From: Geosiphon pyriformis uo1
Taxonomy: Eukaryota; Fungi; Glomeromycota
Direction: 5' to 3'
Assembly: GCA_016748015.1 (NCBI GenBank)
Contig: JAAOMT010000631.1
Span: forward strand, 6,384 to 34,510
Length of the DNA: 28,127 nucleotides
Positions 1 through 12,293 of this stretch are shown here, piece by piece. The position numbers and the translations under genes are program-made. The first letter of the stretch is position 1. Each line of letters begins with the position of its first letter. Below the pieces are notes generated by a model. That model was not told the origin of the DNA and made no database searches. It saw only the letters and a list, made by a program, of their open reading frames with translations.

Positions 1-1
1 T

Positions 2-235
2 TCTAAATGGCCAGCACAATCACCCAATTTGAATCCAATAGAGCATTTATGGGATTATTTACAAAAACAACTCAAAAAACGAAATCCGCACCCCGAAAAT
101 AATCACAAATTATTCTTCGCGTTACAAGAAGAATAGCAAGCAATTCCACGAAATATCTATAAATATTTGGTTACTAGTGTATCTAGACGTATTGAAGAAT
201 GCATTAGAAAGGAGGGTGGACCAACTAGTTATTAA
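2..235 (+). pseudogene. Tc1/mariner (Tc1-type) transposase C-terminal fragment, inactivated
   Basis: Frame 2 reads SKWPAQSPNLNPIEHLWDYLQKQL...LQEE*QAIP...RRIEECIRKEGGPTSY*. This matches the Tc1 WPxxSPDLNPIExxW motif and the GGxTxY end. There is a D>N change in SPDLN and an in-frame TAG where W is expected. Confidence 0.93.
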
Positions 236-274
236 GTATTAAATAAAATAAAAAGCTATTAAAGAAATAATAAA

Positions 275-304
275 GTGTCCCATGACTTTTTTCCGCCAAG
301 TGTA
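275..304. mobile_element. Right terminal inverted repeat of the Tc1 element plus TA target site
   Basis: GTGTCCCATGACTTTTTTCCGCCAAGTG followed by TA (303-304), 40 bp after the transposase stop. The reverse complement TA-CACTTGGCGGAAAAAAGTC resembles Tc1-type ends. The left TIR lies outside the window. Confidence 0.7.
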
Positions 305-2940
305 ATTCTATGCTTATTCTTGCATTTTTTACAAAGCAATTTATAATGTTGTAAGTTCAGTGTTTTTTCTTAATAAATTAGTTTAAAAATAACACAAAAC
401 AAAAAAAGACATAAAAATAAAAGAAATAATAAATCAAAAATTAGTATATTATTAATAGTTATGATTAAGAACTATTGTTTTAATATTATTGAATTTTTTG
501 AATAAATGTTATTACTATTAGTTGCTTGAACAGATTTAACGTATTAAATATAAGTAATTTTCACAAGATAAATAGTAATTTATAAATTTAGATTGTGAAT
601 AATTATAATGATTTTATTAGAAAAAAATTTGCTTCAAGTGGTAAACTTACTAATTTTTGAATAAATAGTTTGATAGAAATATTGATTTTTTTGCTTTTAC
701 TATTATCATTATATATATATATATATTTTCATAATATAAAATTCCTGAAATTAATAATAATATTTATACTTTTTTGAGTTATTATTGAAATTTTCAAAAT
801 CTTTTCTGGTATTTTTAATATTATATTATCTGATAATTTCTAATATATAATTTATTAATTTATGTTATATTTAATTCTTAATATTTTTTTTCTATTATTC
901 TATTAGTAACAATAGTTAAAAAATTGTTTTCATTAGTAAATAGTTTTAAAAAACCACCATTTTTTTAAAATTTTCAAAATTTATTAAATTAACTTTATAT
1001 TAAAATATAAAGTAGTCAAAGTTATAATATTAATTATTGATAAAAGTATTTTAATAAACACTAATCTCAAAAAATCAAAAATATATTTAGTTAGATTGTA
1101 ATTGTTAAAAAAAAATTTGAATGTTTTTAAAAAAGTAATTATTTTAATTTTATTTAAATTGAAAAAAGTAGTATTAATTTAATTACAATTAATTAGGTTG
1201 TAATAGAAAACTATTATAGAATTTGTTAAATTAAACTAAACTAATTTATTAGCTTTTAAATAATCTGTTTTAATTAGTAAAAGCTTAGTTTATATAACCA
1301 AAATTATTTGAAATATAAGTATTTAAAAACAAATAAATAAAATCAGAACTGTATTATTTATATTGTTTATAAATATTACTGTATATAATTTTAAGAATTT
1401 TTTAAAAAGAGCTAGTAAAAAAACTTGTATTATAAATTACATATTTATTATTTATAATAAAGTAAAATATATTACTATTTATTTTAAAATTAAAAAAATC
1501 ATTAAAAAAATCATTATATTATTTTTGATAAAATTAATTTGTTATAAAAATTATAAATACTATAATTATATTAAATTCAAATGTAATTTTTTTAAGAATT
1601 AACCCAAAAAATTTATTAAATATATGTTTTTAAAGATTAATTAAATTCAGTTTGTTAGTTTTTATATATAAAAAAATTATATCTCATATTTAATTACTTT
1701 TAATAAAAAGGCTTAAATTTAAATAATTTTTTTAATTGTGTTTTTGGTTTTTATTAATAATTTGAATATATTTTTAAATAAAGTATTTTTCAAGTTTAAG
1801 TTTTTTACTTTAAAATTAAAATTAAATATTCTAAAAAAAAATTTAGAGCTACTGTAAATAAAGTTTCAAATTTTTTTTTAGATTAAATGTTTTATCTTTA
1901 ACTGTTTTTTTTATACAATTTTTAATTATAATTTTTAAATTAAATATAATTTTGGATGTTTTTTTTGAAAAAATATTAATATGTTAACTTTAAATCTTAA
2001 TGTTTTTGTTTTTCTTATTTTTAAGTTAAGTGGTTTTAAAATTAAATTAGCTAAACTTTTAAGTTTTTTTAATATTGTTTTTTTTTAAAATTAAATATTA
2101 TTTTTTCTATAAATAAGTCTTAAGTTTTTTTAATAATAAATTTGATTTAGAAAATTGCTATATGTAATATAAAAAAAAACAATCTTGTTAAGCAAAAAAC
2201 ATTGTAAAATAACATAAAAATGCAAACAATTTAATATTTATTGTTACTAAACCGAAATTAAGAAATCAGATTAGGCTTTATATTATAAACAAGTTTGATA
2301 AGATAAAGATTTTTATTTTTGGTCTGTATTTTAATTATTTAAATTCCAATATTTAAGTTATATCTAGTTTAAAACACTTAGTTTGCTATATTTTTCTAAA
2401 TAGTAATTAGATTTTACTTATTAAATCGATAAAAAAAAACATTAAAACAATCAAAAAAAATTAATAAACTAAAAATATTAATATTTAAGAGTAATATATA
2501 ACTTTTTTAAAAAACTTTTTTAAACTTAAAAAATAATAATAACATATTTTTATTATTAGTTAAATTAAAGAAACTGGTAAATAAAACATGTTTAATCAAA
2601 TTTAAGCAATTATATTATTAATTTAAAAACAGTACAATCAAAAAAAATTAAATAATTTGATTTATAAATATATTAAAAAAAAGAAATTATTTTTTTATTT
2701 ATTAAAATTAATTAATATACAAATTAGTAAGTTTTAATTTATTACTAAAAACTTTATCAAAAATCTTAAGAATATTTTACAAAAAGTTATAATAAAAACA
2801 AAAACCAATTCAAACATTACACAAATTTTGCAATCTTAAAAGTAGCAAAAGAAAAGATTTAACAAACTTAATTTTAATAACAATATTTAAACTTATATTG
2901 TTTTTGATAATTAATTTTATATTAATAAAACTATATAAGA

Positions 2941-3036
2941 CGAGTGGCCGGTCACATGTAGCAAACGTGTGAGTCACATTTGGTTATAGACACTTAGTTT
3001 GTTTATGTATACTAGACAGTGATTGGGCCGCACTCG
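2941..3036. mobile_element. Short GC-rich element with imperfect terminal inverted repeats (MITE-like or collapsed DNA transposon ends)
   Basis: Left end CGAGTGGCCGGTCAC versus reverse complement of the right end CGAGTGCGGCCCAATCAC. It is a CpG-containing island within extremely AT-rich DNA. No clear TSD. Confidence 0.45.
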
Positions 3037-3719
3037 ATAGTATTAAATACCAAAGTAAAAGTTATTTAATTAATTTTTTTTTAATATTAAGAATTGTTTT
3101 TTAAATATTATCAAAACAAATAATATTTTTAAAAAACAAAAAAAAAGCTTTAATTTAATCCTATTAATTTAAATTTGATAAGCAAATAAGTTAATAATAT
3201 AATTGGTTAGAATTACATATTACAAGTTAATTTGTTTGCTTTTAAAACCAGTAATAATTAGCTAGAATTTAGCATATTAAAGCGTTATTTAAAATAAAAA
3301 AAAGTTATTGATTATACAATAAAATACAATTAATTATTAAAATTAGTACTAATGTAAAAAAATTGGTAAAAACACCAAAAAAATCAAAGCTATATTATTT
3401 TAAAAAAGAATAAGCTTTAAGTTAAGAAAATGGTATAAAAACATCAAAAAAAATACTGTTTTCTAATATTTTAAAGAAATTAACCTTATATTTGATAAAA
3501 AAAAGAATTTGGTTTTTACTGTTTTTGTTTTTTTCAGTTGTTTAAACAGCAAAAAAAAGTTGCAGTAAAAAATAGCTTAATAATTAATTTGTAATTGAAA
3601 ACTTAATAATAACAACTATGCTAAAATTATTTTTAATGTACTGGTTTAAAAAAACCATAAATTAAAAAAAACTTTTATTTAATTATACTAAAAATTGTTG
3701 AACAAATTAAATTAAGATA

Positions 3720-4460
3720 TGTTAATTCAATACCTTCTTTAATTGTGGCAAAAAACGAGACAGTTGGTGAATTAAATGGTCAAACTTCCTTCCATTTCAA
3801 ACTTTTTAGTACCAAAAATTGGTTTGATATTTTGATTGTATTTAGTTTTAGATATGAATTGAATGTTTAAAATTATTAGGATTTATATATTGAATATTTT
3901 CAAATTTTATGTTTACTAACTTATAGAGTATTATAAATAAAGTATTTCATGTTTGGATTATTATTATAACTTAAAATAAAAAATTTGTTATTTTAGATAT
4001 TATATATTATTAACTTGTATTTTTTATTTAATTTACATCATTAAATAAAGCATGAATATTAATTATTCAATTATAAATTAATCAATTTCAAATTTTAAGA
4101 ATTTTTAATTGAATTTATATTTAATTATTTTACAAAATTCATTTTTTTTCATTACACTAATTAGAAAGATGAATTGTTAAACTTAAAAATAATTTGAAAT
4201 TAAAATTTTACATAAATATGACTCGAGAAATTATTACAAATAGTTTAAACTGGTTATAATTTTTTAAACAGTGATTTTAAAACAAAAACCAATTAGCTTT
4301 CTTATAAATAGTAATTGAATTACATTAAATAAAATATATTAAAAATAATAATAATTGAATGATTTTTTTGAAATAATTTTTTACAACTTTTAAAAAAAAT
4401 TATTTACATATTTAATAAGATTAATAATTAATTCTAAAAATAAGATGATTAAGATATATA
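3720..4460 (-). pseudogene. Decayed tandem paralog fragment of the 5' part of the 4762-8107 gene
   Basis: 3730-3925 aligns to about 7330-7525, for example ACCAAAAATTGGT.TGATATTTTGATTG and ATATTGAATATTTTCAAAT.TTATGTTTACTAACTTA, including intron 2. Weaker similarity continues (CTCGAGA at ~4222 vs ~7852), so the right boundary is approximate. Confidence 0.75.
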
Positions 4461-4761
4461 TTATTAATAACAAACATAAAATTATGTAAATAAAATAAGT
4501 ATTATAAGTTTGCTAATTTGAAAATTCAACTGTAATGATATGTTTAAATTAATGAGAATTTTTAAATTGGAAACTAAATTGTTGTCTTAATAACCAATTT
4601 TGTTTCAAGTTAAATTATTATAAATCGCAATTTTTTTTTTAGTTTTTTTATATAATATTAATTTAAATAACAAAAATAATTTAAAAAATAAATGTCTAAA
4701 AAGATTGAAAAAACTACAAGCTAATAAAAAAAGGAATTAAATTTAAGGCTAGAATTCTATT

Positions 4762-7700
4762 TTATCCATTTGTTTTTGACCATGGAACCAAATAAAGACA
4801 CCATAAATTCGAGAAATTAAATTCATGCTCAAAATTATTGAACTCATAGTAAGACTTATTAGTGGAATAATATTGTATGCGAAGGTGTTTCGATGTTAAA
4901 AAACCTATTTGAAAATAATTATGTAAGATATTTAATCTAATCAAGCATTGAAAATTTCATTTAACTAAAAAGTACCTAAATTATAAATTGTGGAATATCT
5001 TCAATGAAAATATTGGCACCACTACCCCAGAAGATTAAATCTTCAACTCTTTTGGATATTGGGGCGTTGAAAAGATCAAAGTTGGTGTATTTCGAATAGA
5101 AAAGATTTAGGGCATCAATATCGGCAGCAGAGAGCAGAGTAAATAACGCAGCGGGTTTTGCATGTTTCCGTAACCACAAAACATATTCACCATTTATGGT
5201 AATCTCTGTAATTACGATGTACATTGCTAGTCCACTATTAAAAAGAAAAGGTACAACTAGAAAAAGAATGCTAATTGATAAAAGGATTAATAAGATTTTT
5301 ACAGATTTTAAGGAATTTACTAAAGATTTGAGAATTACCTTGATAAATATAAATCTCTCACATCTTTTTCATTATTTACAACAAATATGATGTCGACTAT
5401 AACATTGACTAGAATCAATGTAATAGAAACAAAGATAAAAATTTTACCCTAAAATTGTAAAAGTTATTAAATATTTGTTTTATTTTTAAATTTCAAACAG
5501 CAATAATTCTAATATACTGTAACTATAAAAAAGTTAAATACCTTGGAATTTTTCTTTCTTCCTATAAAATATAGAGCCATTAATATTACTGCAATAATAG
5601 CAATTACAATTAACTTTAATTTATTTTCTTCCTAAAGATTAGCTAAAGAAATAGTGTAAGTACAGATATATTAGATATGTAATTTAGTAGAAAACAAGTA
5701 TTGAAGATTAAATTATGATCACTCACGTTTAACTTGGAACCTGTATGTGAAAAAATGCTAATAAGACTGAGCCATTTATTTTTAACTATTCCATAGGATT
5801 TCTTCCAATTTATTGTTTATTAAGGAAATTTTGAGTTGTAATATTTCTTGGCCTGCTGATCAATGATTTGATATGATGTCTTTCAAATAGAATGGTTAAA
5901 GCCAATTGATTTTCAAATATTCTGAAAAATTCATGTTTCTTTTTAATCTTTATTAAATTTGAAAAATCAGTGGTTCTATTTGTATTCAGACGCAAAAGTC
6001 CAGTCAGGGTAGCTTAAATTAATAAACATTATGTATTTTAGTTAGACAACGATATTCAATATTTTTAAAAGAAAATAAGCAATAAATCTTCTTACCTGCA
6101 TGAATGCTTTCTCGTGCTTCTAAACAAACGAGCGAATGAGTGAACAAACGAACGAACAAACGAATGAACAAATGAACAAACGAACAAACAAACAAACGAA
6201 CAAATGAACAAATGAACGAACAAACAAACAAACGAACAAACAAACAAACAAACAAACGAACAAACGAATGAATGAACAAACGAATGAACGAACGAAAAAA
6301 CAAACGAACAAACGAACGAACAAATGAATGAATGAATGAAAAATTAAATTTTAAAATGAATTTCCTAGAAAGCAAAAAAATAAAAAATTTACATTTACCT
6401 GTTTTAAATTGCCAAATATTTCTATAGATTCCTTTAATGGCTTCCTTATACTTTGCATCTTTTATAAAATTATCATCGACAACTATAAAATAATCTTTAT
6501 CCGGTTAATTAAATGTACTTTCTAATACTGTTTCTACTATGATAGTTTTCTTATCCAAACCCACATGACAATTTTTTCCAAGAATAGTTTGTTGGAAAAT
6601 TGACATAGTCTCATTGATTTGATAAATAGAAATATTGTTTCTGTTGGATAATGTGATTTTATTATAATAAGTGATATATATTTTACACTACTCCAATGGA
6701 ATTATCATATTATGACCAGGGTAAGTAATATTAATCAAAGAATTATCATATCCAGTGTCTATTCAAATAAAAAAATCTATAAACATCATTATTCAACCTT
6801 ACCTTTTTTTAAAAAAATGTGGTAAATTCATGGCGTATATTTTAATATTGTTCTTCCCTAATGTAGCAGCTAAGAAGGTATTGTCTTTTAAGATAGTCCA
6901 GAAAGCATCAGAGGAAGTGTTCCATAAATCAGTCTGGTTTCCAAATTGGTCACTTAAAGTAAATTGTTTATTTAAAGTATGCAAATTTTCCCCCCATAAG
7001 GCAGTGGATGTATCCAAATCTGATTGCCCAGATTCATAAGTTATGTCATATTTTAACACACACTTTGAAGAAATGATATTGTAAATTCATAGATTTTTTC
7101 AATTCCAGATTCCATTGTATTTTGATATATGGAACAATAATAACCCAAACCATCAATTTAAGCATCACATGCTTCGATCGAAAAATCATCTGCATCATAT
7201 TGATAAACTAGAAAATGAGGACCAAAATCAGTTGTTTTTCGCTCCCAAAATGTGATATATATCAAATGTTTTTTTATGTTTATACTGGGAGAATCATTAA
7301 TGGGAGAATTATTAACAATATATACATATCCAAAACCTCCTTCAGTTGTGGCAAAAGAGGAATCAGAGCGTGGATACGAACTTAAATTTCCTTCCAATTT
7401 AAGCTTTTTAAGACCAAAAATTGGTGTGATATTTTGATTGAGTCTAGTCCTAGATATAAATTGAATGTTTAAGATTATTGGAATTTATATTGAATATTTT
7501 CAAATCTTATGTTTACTAACTTACGAGCTATTAAAAATACTCCACTCTATTTCTGTATTATTATTAATTATTTTTTTCATAATAAGAAATTTTTCACTTT
7601 GGATACTTATTATTGACCTGTACCCTGTACTTAATTCTATATCACTAGATAAAACATTATGCATTATCAATATTATTTTTATTTTTAAAATTAAATTTTA

Positions 7701-8107
7701 TTTAAAGAGTTATTTAATAGAAACCTCTGAACTAATGTTCCATTCCATGAGAATATTTTGCCTTGATTTCTATATTCTACAAAAAGATAATTAGAGTTAA
7801 GAGGATAAATGTCAGTTATATTACTCTTGTCTCCATAATCTTTTTCTTCGGCTCGAGACAATTGACCGTCAGGTGTAAGCTTAAAGTATGCCGAAAGATT
7901 GTCTACAATATAAACACACTCTAACATAATTGTTCCATCTTGCTGGAAATGGAATACTTCGTCAACACAATGAATTCCCTTTGAATCAATTGGGTATACT
8001 GTTTCATGAATTGATGAACTCTTAATGACTAAAATAAAAAAAGATAAAAATATTGAAATAATCAAGAGGTAATAATTAAAATAAACGGCGAAGAAAAACT
8101 GCTTCAT
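4762..8107 (-). pseudogene. Multi-exon secreted/membrane protein (signal peptide, Ig-like domain, C-terminal multi-TM region), pseudogenised
   Basis: ATG at 8107 with a hydrophobic N-terminus. GT-AG introns join in frame (exon 7525-7644; micro-exon 6096-6119 EARESIHA; then TLTGLLRLN). It has an Ig-like segment VLESTFN*PDKDYFIVVDDNFIKD..YKEAIKGI..NIWQFKT, TM exons, and FIEDIPQFII near the end. There are several in-frame stops (e.g. TAA at 7158) and frameshifts (~7060, ~6805). Confidence 0.8.
6122..6340. repeat. Compound tetranucleotide microsatellite (AAAC/GAAC/GAAT)n in an intron
   Basis: About 220 bp of mixed AAAC, GAAC, GAAT and AAAT units, ending directly at the minus-strand 3' splice site (TTTAG|AAGCACG). 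Confidence 0.95.
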
Positions 8108-8599
8108 TTTTTTAAAAAAAGTTATATTTCTTTGCAGAATAATTTTTTTGAATGGGTTGATTTTTCAGTTTTACCCCAAATTTTATTCTTTAAATATTTT
8201 ATTATCAGAAATTTTAAAACCAAATATAGTTAAGATTATCATTATATTATGCCAGATATTTAATAAATATTATTATTATAGTTTATGAAAAAATCATTGT
8301 GGGATTATATCTAAAAATACTATTTTAACTTTCAAGTTAACCAACTCGGATTAGAGTTTATAAAAATTTAAGTAAATTAATAAACTTTTATCATTTATAC
8401 CTTTGTTATAAAATAAAACCACAATATTTAAATATCATGTTTTGAATAAAGATTACTTGGTAATTTCTAATTATTATTATTTATCTATTATTATATTATT
8501 TAACTGATAAAAATATCATTATTTTATTTATTCTTTGAAGAATAAATTTTTATTTATTGTGTATTGATTATTAGGATGAGATTATCTATAATATTTAAT

Positions 8600-10700
8600 T
8601 AAATGTCGACATTCCAGTATTATAAGGTATGATTTTATTTCTTTTATAAATAAACTTTATCTTGAATCTATATCCAATTCTTTCAGATACACAATAATTA
8701 TATAAATGATGCATGTTATCGCATTCTTAGTAAAAAAATTTTAATGATTTGCAAATTTAGTTTTTCAAATTATTATATTAGTAATGAAATCCTATTTTCG
8801 AAATGTAGAATCTATTGGTTAAAAACACTATTTATGATTATTTCGAAACATAATATCCCAATTAGTACAAAAATTCTTATCTGCAACTGATAAATTTATT
8901 ACTAAAGTTATGTTTGTTACTGTTAATGATGAAAGAAGAATACCTTTTTACATTATGAGATGTGGAGTTTGATGTGAGTAAAGATTTAAATGGTGATCAT
9001 GTGAATTCTAGGTTTTTTAGAGCATAATGAAATTTCCCAAACCTAAGTTGTTGTGTTTCTTTTTAAAGATATTCATGAAAAGGAAGTATAATTAGAATTT
9101 AAAAACAAAAAACAATAATAATTATCTTTTTTACTTAACATGCAAAATAATGATATTAGAACATTTATCTACTAAAGTAACACGGATATTTGTCCTTTCA
9201 TTGAGTGAAAAGACCATATCATTACTGAAGCTAACGTGTTTAGAATGTAAAAATCATTATAATAGTGTACTGCAGAAACATCTGGACCACCAAATATTAT
9301 TATAACCATGCTATTCGAATCTATGAAAAGATTTTTCAAAGTTTTTGTAAATAAATGACTGAAATGTTACAAAAATAAGGGATTCAATTTTTTTAAACAG
9401 CTTACTTGCAACAGTTCCGTGAAATCTATGAGATGGTGGGATATTTTCATCAACTATCTAATTAATAAAAAAAAAATTTAAGAAATTAAACATTTATAAA
9501 ATTTCTTCACTTACAGTACCTGACTCGACCATAATAAATTATTAGTATTAAAAACATTAATATTCGGCATAGGAACCAATTCTAATTTAAGCTCGTTATA
9601 AACTCTAACAACATGAAATTTTCCATTTCTTAATAGGGTTATAGCGCACATTAGACTATTTTTAGAATCATATCGAAATTCGGTAGTTTCTTAATAAATT
9701 TACATATACTATTAATAAATATAACGTTGAACCCCAAATAATATGTATGATTGAGTTATTGATGCTTGTTGAGATGTATATTCAAGAAGACACATAGAGA
9801 TGATGATAATGATTTATTAATTATAGTCGTATCTGAATTTAACCAGTGTGATAAAGTATTATTGAAATAAAATAAAGAATTTTCAGGCATTGGATTAATT
9901 CCTATTTCACTTCTAGTATTTGAAGACTCAACTTTTTTCAACAATCTTAAGAAAACATCGAATTGTTGGGTTATATCCAAGATCCTATCTCGGTTTTTCC
10001 ATCGTAAAAATAATGGCTACCAATTAACGTAGCAGAATGGGAACTTTAGAGGTTTAAAATAAAGTTTAATCACGTTAAATTGTTCAATCTTGGGAAAATT
10101 TGATTTTAAAAAAAGAAAATCATCCATTTATTAGAAAAATTATGTAAAAATTTTTAAATATTATTGATTATTATTATTTTAATTAAATTTTTCAGAGCTA
10201 AATTATACGTATAATTGGTTATAGTTTGAGAGTCAAGTTAAAAGTGTGCAATTAGATACCTTTTAAAAAAAATGCGAATTCTATTTTTATATTTAAATTA
10301 ACATCTTTAGTGTAAATATATGCTAATCCAAAAGATAAGAGCTATAAAGAAAGACGTGGCAAATTCAACTTTATAAAACTATGTGTTATTATGATATTTT
10401 CATTTAAATAAATTTTAAATCCAAATTTAATATGAAAGGTTATTGAATATACCCTATTTGGGTTTTTATTATTGTCTTCTTGTATATTTTCTATTATAAG
10501 TTTCTTTCCTTTAACCAATTTCATATCACTTTATAAAGTATTAAATAGATAAAATTAAGCAGATTTATCTTTAAGAGTTATTTGAAAACACATTTGAAAT
10601 AATATTCCTATTCTACGAAAAGATAATTAGAGCTTTTTTATTTTTTCCATCCTTTGAATAATCAATTGGGTGGGCGGTATACCATTGATTGATGCTAGAA
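8600..10700 (-). pseudogene. Kelch/galactose-oxidase-repeat protein, degraded
   Basis: Spliced minus-strand exons in ~9240-9690 read ...LELVPMPNINVFNTNNLLWSSQ|IVDENIPPSHRFHGTVA|NSNSMVIIIFGGPDVSAVHYYNDFYILNT. These show the kelch hallmarks PxxR, hydrophobic-GG and D/N-T-x-x-x-x-W. Outer boundaries are uncertain and stops occur in the flanking parts. Confidence 0.55.
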
Positions 10701-11100
10701 AATTCTTGATAATTAACAAAATTATTTTAGGTTAAATCAAAATTAGAAATGAAATTAATAAGTTTATTAACCAAAATTAAAAAATACTTAACTAATAATC
10801 AAACCATATATTAATTTTTATAGTATTATAACAATTATAGAAACAATAATTGTTTTACAAAAAGTGTCATTATATGTACTCACTTATCTTTAATATGCTT
10901 TAACATTCGCTAATAATACATCATCATAAAAGTAAAGTAAATGCAATCTAATATGATATTATAAGTGGTTTTTTTCTAATGATCATACTATGATTAATTT
11001 TTATGGCTTTTTAAATCAAGCAATAACATAAGAAATTATTTAATTTTGACATAAGGATAAGTATATTAGTCTTAATTAGCATCATTTTTAATTTATATTA

Positions 11101-11860
11101 AATCATAAACAATTTTGATAAATTAATGTATACGTATTGAAAATCACATGACAGTAATTAACGTAAATAAAATGATCATCAGCTTTGGGATGTATTTTTT
11201 TTATTCAACAATGTCGTCCTCAAAGAAATATTTTGGTAGCTTGAGAATGCTAGCTGTCTTTTTTCTGTGAAAATTAGTCACTATCTTACCTTGTTCATTC
11301 GCATTTCTGATCAGATTATTTTGCGGAGAAGAACCCGGAAGAATGGAGTGAAATTAACTTTTTGTCATGGCTAAAGGAAAAAGAAAATATTTTTGCTGAC
11401 AATGTGTTGCTAATTCATGAGAGATGGTTTAGATGGCATCAGTGCTTTCATACAACCCTAGAGGCCATCATCTCTCAATATAAGAGTGACAACGACGACG
11501 CCCCCGAGTCTTTAAGATGACTAAATTTGGCAATCAAACTTAATAAGAGGCGGGTGAGTGAGAGCTACACCCGACCATAAAGTTATGGCAGGACAGTCTC
11601 TTTTGCCACACTGTTATGGCAGGCAGTCTTTTGTCCGTGGGCTAATCGAGATAGGGCCAATCCATCAAGGAGCGGCTGTCTTGACCATTTGGATAAGTTG
11701 TGACCGACCTCTATTATTGATGTAAAACTGACCATTTTTTACCTTTTAAATCTGAAGGGTAATATCCCAGAACAAGTTACCAAATGGTGGCAGAAACAGC
11801 AACAAACTCTTAAAGACCAGGAGATGTTGAAAATCACTACCCGGACAAATCTCGAGGTTG
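11101..11860 (+). repeat. Left arm of long inverted repeat (760 bp)
   Basis: Reverse complement of 12426-13221. Hand alignment gives 16 substitutions and 3 indels (33, 2 and 1 bp). Confidence 0.98.
11211..11860 (+). pseudogene. Inverted partial copy (exons 1-3) of the hypothetical-protein gene at 11861-13078
   Basis: ATG 11211; exon 11211-11235; intron GT..AG 11236-11314; exon 11315-11553; intron GTGAGT..CTGAC..AAG 11554-11757; exon from 11758. Reads MSSSKKYFDYFAEKNPEEWSEINFLSWLKEKE...SLR*LNLAIKLNKRR|GNIPEQVTKWWQKQQQ. In-frame TGA at 11518-11520. Confidence 0.75.
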
Positions 11861-12258
11861 CCGATGGGTCCAAAGAGCTTATTGGTAATTTGTTCAATCT
11901 CATGAAAGTATCTCAATGTCCCTGTGCGTCTGTTGATTAAAATCCTAGCCCATTGATAAGAAGTGAATTCCTTAATAATTTTAGATGTGGGAGTCAAGTC
12001 TAGGATGTAGCTGCAAGCCGGACTGAGTGAGAGATAGGAAAACAGAAAAAGTGGAGATCAGACTAATATTCACGAGACATTCCATAATATTGCTTCTATT
12101 TTACTCACTCGAATTTGGATGTTGTTCGCTTTGCACAATATTTCTCAAGGACAGATTCTATACTTGACGATGATGCTGATATTGGCACAGCAATTATATC
12201 TTCCCTATCATCCATCGTAGCGACCGAGCGTTTTTTTTTGTTACCGACATTCTCTTCC

Positions 12259-12293
<35 letters not shown>

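Noticed and set aside
305-2930. Degraded retroelement ORFs and ORF 1363-1602
   Set aside because: Probably TE relic, but too eroded to assign a family. The ORF is a low-complexity I/K/N/Y product of AT richness.
6019-6375. ORFs 6019-6375 and 6120-6323 (FVRLFVC repeats)
   Set aside because: These are translation artefacts of the intronic microsatellite.
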